Positions 34,751 through 38,307 of a stretch of DNA of 38,307 bases are shown piece by piece. The position numbers and the translations under genes were made by a program. Each line of letters starts with the position of its first letter. The first letter of the stretch is position 1. The stretch comes from Armatimonadota bacterium (GTDB lineage Bacteria > Armatimonadota > UBA5829 > DTLH01). The notes below the pieces were generated by a model, which saw only the letters and a program-made list of their open reading frames with translations, searched no databases and was not told where the DNA came from. Location of the stretch: NCBI GenBank assembly GCA_038207085.1, contig JBBRAE010000027.1, positions 1 to 38,307 of the forward strand, read 5' to 3'.

Positions 34751-37180
34751 GTGGTAAGTCGTTTTTGGAGACTAGAGACCGGGTGCTTGGCGCTGGCTGT
34801 CGCCTGCTGTCTGTTGTTCGCCCCCATCGCGCAGGCAGAAGAGCTCGATCAGCCTCCGCAGGCGCCTATTCTTCCCGCGCCCTCGAACGTGGTTCCTCCC
34901 TCGGGGCAGGCTCCGCCGAGCCCCGAGGGTGTGACGCCTCACGAGCCCTCCAAGCCGCCGTCGGATTACGTGCCCGAACCGACTCCCACCGTCAACGTGA
35001 CTGGCGGGGTCGATCTTCCACTCGACGGCGACAGGCTAAGGCTTGACGCAGACTCATGGCGGGTCGATTTCGAGAACGGCGACGCTTCAGTGGTCACTGC
35101 CCGTGGAAACGTTCGGGCGACCTACCGGGATTTCTCAGCCACCGCAAGCACTGCGCAGGTGGATCTTCGCACCAAGGACGCGACCTTTTCGGGGAATGTA
35201 GTTCTTGTCATCGATGGTCAGGAGATCAGGGGCGACGAGGTGGGGATCAACCTCGACACCCGGCAGTGGCGTTTTGAGTCGGCCAAAAGCACAGTTGTTC
35301 CCGAGCGCATCCCTGAGTATATCCACGCTCCCGTGTATCTGTCAGGCGCAGTGATTACCGGTGAGGCGGGCAAGATAATCCACGTAGAGAACGGCGGGTT
35401 TACCACCTGCAACCTCGATCACCCGCACTATTTCATCAACGCCGGTTCGGCTACGGTCTGGACCGACCGCAAGCTCGTCGCCCGTGACACGACGCTCGTC
35501 GCGCTCGGCAGGACGATCCTCAAGCTCTCGCGCCTCGCGATCCCCATCAAACAGCTCAGGAACCGGACGAACTTTATCCCGCTCGTAGGTCAGACCGCGG
35601 CCGAAGGGTTCTACATGAAAGCCGCCTACGGGATAGCCGCGGGCGAGTCAAACAGCGCGAACCTGCTTATCGATCTTATGAGTAAAAAGGGCGTCGGCGT
35701 AGGCGTAAACGATCAGTATAACTTCAAAACGGGCGCAGGAAATCTCAACCTCTATCAGCTCTATGACCAAACGACCGATCAATACTCGCTCACCGGCAGG
35801 CTTGCCCACGAGCAGAGGCTCGGCACGGTCAAGATGAACTTGACCTCGGACTATCGCTCCCACAGCTACCAGTATTCGCCGCAGTCGACCTCGCTTCTAA
35901 ACGAGCTGCGCTTCGACCGTCAGCGTACGGGAGCATCGACTCAGCTTCTGTTGCGGGACTCGCTGGAAACCGGTTTTGGCCGCTACGACAGGATAACCTC
36001 CAACTTGTCGCACTTCCAGCAGTTCGGCGAGAAGTCGCGCGGCACGATCAATCTGGATTATTTCCGCTCGGAGAACCCGTTCTTTGTCGATGGCGCGACG
36101 ATCTCCACCGCAAACTCCCAGCTTACCTCAAGACTCGATTATGAAACCCAGGAGAAGGCCTACGACTGGGCGGTTCGCTATGCGAGAATCGACGACCTGT
36201 CCGACGAAGCATTTATAAGCTCGGTGGGTCCGCAGTTTGCAGGCACCGAGCGGCTGCCAGAGCTTGAGCTGACGAGTACGTCCCAGCGATTGGGCGTTGA
36301 TCTCCCGCTTGGGCTGACTGCGAACACCGGGTTTTCGGTCGGTCGTTACAGAGAAGATTTGGGACGGGTGGAGGACGACCGCGCCGTCGCCGATATCAGC
36401 ATCCCCGGTCAGAAGATAAGGCTCGCCGACAAGCTCGATCTGCGCGCCGGAGCGGGGTTTCGTCAGTATTTCTACAGCGACGGCGCCGCTCAGTATTCGA
36501 TCGACACCGCGCTTGGCATCACGCGCACGATAGGGGAGAAATCAAGCGCCGCCCTGGATTATCGCTACCTGCGCCCGAGGGGGTTCACGCCGTTTCGGTT
36601 CGACTTCATCGGCAAGTATAACACTCTTACGGGCCGGTTCAACCTTCAGGAGACAGAACGCGTAAAGCTCAGCCTCTACAGCGGCTACAACTTCGATCAG
36701 GACACGTTCCCCTGGCAGGATATCACGGCTCGGATGACCTACAAGCCCTCGGAGCGCTATCTGATCTACACCTCCACCGGCTACGACCTGAACCGCTCAC
36801 AGTGGCGATCGCTTGTGAACCAGTTCCGTGTGCGCTACGACAACGACTTCAAGGTCGATCTCGGCACCCGTTATGATATCGTCGAAAGCAAGTTGGCAAG
36901 CGTCCGCGGTCAGCTCGATACTCCGATGGGCAAGCTCTGGCGGCTGCGCGCGAACGCCGGTTACAACGGCTACACCAGCAATTTCGACTACACCAACGTG
37001 CAGATCGTGCGCGACCTGCACTGCTGGGAGGCGACCCTCACCTACGTCAACGAGACCGGGTTCTGGCAGGACAAAGGCATCCGTCTGAACTTCCGAATCA
37101 AAGCCTTCCCACTCTTCGACAGCTTCGGCGTCGGCCAGTTCGGCCAGAGGCTTGATTCGAGCGTCGGAGAGGTGCTTTAG
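34751..37180 (+). CDS. LptD/OstA-like outer-membrane beta-barrel assembly protein
   Basis: Signal peptide, Pro-rich linker, OstA-like ARGNVRATY region, FTTCNLDHPHY motif, long amphipathic beta-strand region, RDLHCWE near the C-terminus. Adjacent to lptF/G. Confidence 0.8.
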   Translation: MVSRFWRLETGCLALAVACCLLFAPIAQAEELDQPPQAPILPAPSNVVPPSGQAPPSPEGVTPHEPSKPPSDYVPEPTPTVNVTGGVDLPLDGDRLRLDADSWRVDFENGDASVVTARGNVRATYRDFSATASTAQVDLRTKDATFSGNVVLVIDGQEIRGDEVGINLDTRQWRFESAKSTVVPERIPEYIHAPVYLSGAVITGEAGKIIHVENGGFTTCNLDHPHYFINAGSATVWTDRKLVARDTTLVALGRTILKLSRLAIPIKQLRNRTNFIPLVGQTAAEGFYMKAAYGIAAGESNSANLLIDLMSKKGVGVGVNDQYNFKTGAGNLNLYQLYDQTTDQYSLTGRLAHEQRLGTVKMNLTSDYRSHSYQYSPQSTSLLNELRFDRQRTGASTQLLLRDSLETGFGRYDRITSNLSHFQQFGEKSRGTINLDYFRSENPFFVDGATISTANSQLTSRLDYETQEKAYDWAVRYARIDDLSDEAFISSVGPQFAGTERLPELELTSTSQRLGVDLPLGLTANTGFSVGRYREDLGRVEDDRAVADISIPGQKIRLADKLDLRAGAGFRQYFYSDGAAQYSIDTALGITRTIGEKSSAALDYRYLRPRGFTPFRFDFIGKYNTLTGRFNLQETERVKLSLYSGYNFDQDTFPWQDITARMTYKPSERYLIYTSTGYDLNRSQWRSLVNQFRVRYDNDFKVDLGTRYDIVESKLASVRGQLDTPMGKLWRLRANAGYNGYTSNFDYTNVQIVRDLHCWEATLTYVNETGFWQDKGIRLNFRIKAFPLFDSFGVGQFGQRLDSSVGEVL

Positions 37181-37591
37181 GGAAGGGTTGGATGTTGGGG
37201 GTTGGAATGGCGAGACTTGGGGGATTTAATAAGCTTCCCTTTGTTGTAGTACGTCGAGAAATTTGTGCATCGCACCCTTCGAGAGCCTCAGGGTGAGGGG
37301 TTGGCTTGGGTGGGGATATGAGAGATTGTGCATCTACCCTAAGCCTGCATTATTCACGAGTAGCGTGAATAATGCTCTGTTAGCGGGCTAAGCCTGCACA
37401 ACCGCCACCCTGAGTCATGCAGAGGCTCTCGAAGCACGAAGGGTGATCGACCACCAATCTCCCATATTTGATCAATCCAAACTATATCACGTTGAGGCTC
37501 TCGAAACGTGCGCTCCACCCAAAGAATCAACACACGCCAATCCCTGGGAGCTAATCCCAAGCCCCCAACCCCTATCCTCCAAACCCTTCCC
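37180..37591. repeat. composite repeat region bounded by inverted arms, with nested REP hairpins
   Basis: Outer arms GGGAAGGGTTGGA.../...TCCAAACCCTTCCC. Inner CCCTTCGAGAGCCTCAGGG-type units near 37274, 37406 and 37492, and a family A hairpin at 37341-37376. Confidence 0.65.
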
Positions 37592-37702
37592 CAAAATTCC
37601 CGTACTTCTGCAGAGTCCGAAAGCTGGAATACGCGGCATAATCATAGTGTAAGTTGAATAAAGACAACTGAATATGGGAAATGTTCATACTGTTTCCAGA
37701 GC

Positions 37703-37841
37703 ACGAAAATGGCAAACTCGTCGAAAGGCGGGGGCGCAAAGCTACAGGGCCTAAACGGTCCGGCGCTCATTATTGAGGTCTTGTTTTTTCGAGAGTTGAA
37801 TAATGGGCGCGAGGGACTGCATTGGCAGCCTGGCCGCCGAA
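37703..37841 (+). promoter_or_regulatory. c-di-GMP-I (GEMM-I) riboswitch aptamer 1, with extended P3
   Basis: GGCAAAC-TCGTC-GAAA-GGCGGG-GGCGCAAAGCTACAGGGCCTAA ... TGGCAGCCTGGCCGCCGAA matches the class I consensus (GNRA tetraloop, receptor, GCAAA junction). Confidence 0.85.
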
Positions 37842-37862
37842 GCTAAACTTCACGCGTGCGAC

Positions 37863-37958
37863 ACCGATAAGGGCAAACCTCGGGAAATCGAGGGACGCAA
37901 TGCCAAGGGACTACGGTTGCTACAATTTGAGCGACTATGTCAGCCTGGCTGCCGAAGG
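37863..37958 (+). promoter_or_regulatory. c-di-GMP-I (GEMM-I) riboswitch aptamer 2
   Basis: GGGCAAACC-TCGG-GAAA-TCGAGG-GACGCAATGCCAAGGGACTAC...ATGTCAGCCTGGCTGCCGAA. Confidence 0.88.
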
Positions 37959-37965
37959 ATCGAGC

Positions 37966-38237
37966 GATCTTTGGCCCCGTCCCTGCTTGTGAGGGTCGGG
38001 TTTCAATAAATGCCTGCCGGTGTCTGGAAAGGATGTGGACCCATGACCCGGCGGGCGGTTACCTGAAGCGCAGTTCGCGCAGCCAGGCCCCAAGGATCAG
38101 AGCACAGGCATCAGTTAAGAGGGACATAACCTCATGATGCCGACTAGACACCAGTCTATAGCCTGTGCCCCTTGGAGTGTGGTGACGTGGACGAGGCCGA
38201 AGGTGGCCGCCTTGCTTCCGTACGGCTTTTCAACTCC
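37966..38237 (+). ncRNA. unassigned multi-domain structured RNA downstream of the tandem riboswitch
   Basis: Four-way junction closed by GATCTTTGG/CCAAGGATC, three-way junction closed by GCACAG/CTGTGC, and a further stem ending CGGCTTTT. No credible ORF. Confidence 0.45.
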
Positions 38238-38283
38238 CCTGTCTTGAAAGTGTCCTCGCGTATCGATTACGCATTCGACGCCG

Positions 38284-38307
38284 TTTGGAGTGCGGCGCTT
38301 GCACGCC
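38284..38307. repeat. start of a TTTGGAGTGCGG-type REP-like element, truncated at the window end
   Basis: TTTGGAGTGCGGCGCTTGCACGCC with a GGCG...CGCC hairpin. Resembles a widespread intergenic palindromic repeat, recalled from memory. Confidence 0.45.

Noticed and set aside
37803..38137. Short ORFs 37803-38009 and 37937-38137
   Set aside because: They overlap riboswitch aptamers and structured RNA, lack RBSs and show no protein-like features.

Overview
GC-rich (roughly 60%) chromosomal segment of a diderm bacterium, most likely a Terrabacteria member such as Armatimonadota. That assignment is inferred from the Gram-positive-type purS/purQ/purL, an MlaD with a C-terminal beta-barrel, and LptF/G plus LptD-like genes. 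Most of the window is housekeeping: mlaEFD, rplI, dnaB, a pur cluster (purD-E-[GT-C-like membrane protein]-B-S-[VapBC-like TA]-Q-L-F-M-N), a YwbE-family gene, a ~1800-aa Ig-repeat surface protein, pabB/pabC-like genes, trxA with a CsoR/CstR-family repressor and its operator, tRNA-Glu(TTC), a YHS miniprotein, an srlD-like SDR, smpB, ftsE-ftsX-envC-like genes, lptF/G and lptD-like genes. The most interesting signals are non-coding. (1) Just after tRNA-Glu, a DUF3800-like gene has an in-frame TGA and an ACG in place of the start codon. It faces a convergent ~70-nt three-way-junction RNA with its own near-consensus promoter, suggesting an RNA-protein toxin/antitoxin-like module. (2) Tandem c-di-GMP-I riboswitches, one with a greatly extended P3, are followed by ~270 nt of ORF-less multi-branched RNA structure. 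(3) A candidate sigma54-driven sRNA lies upstream of mlaE. (4) A 5 x 22-bp hairpin minisatellite sits directly ahead of the trxA RBS. (5) Several nested REP/MITE-like repeat families occur, some flanked by 7-bp tandem-repeat arms. All calls come from reading the sequence; no searches or folding programs were run.
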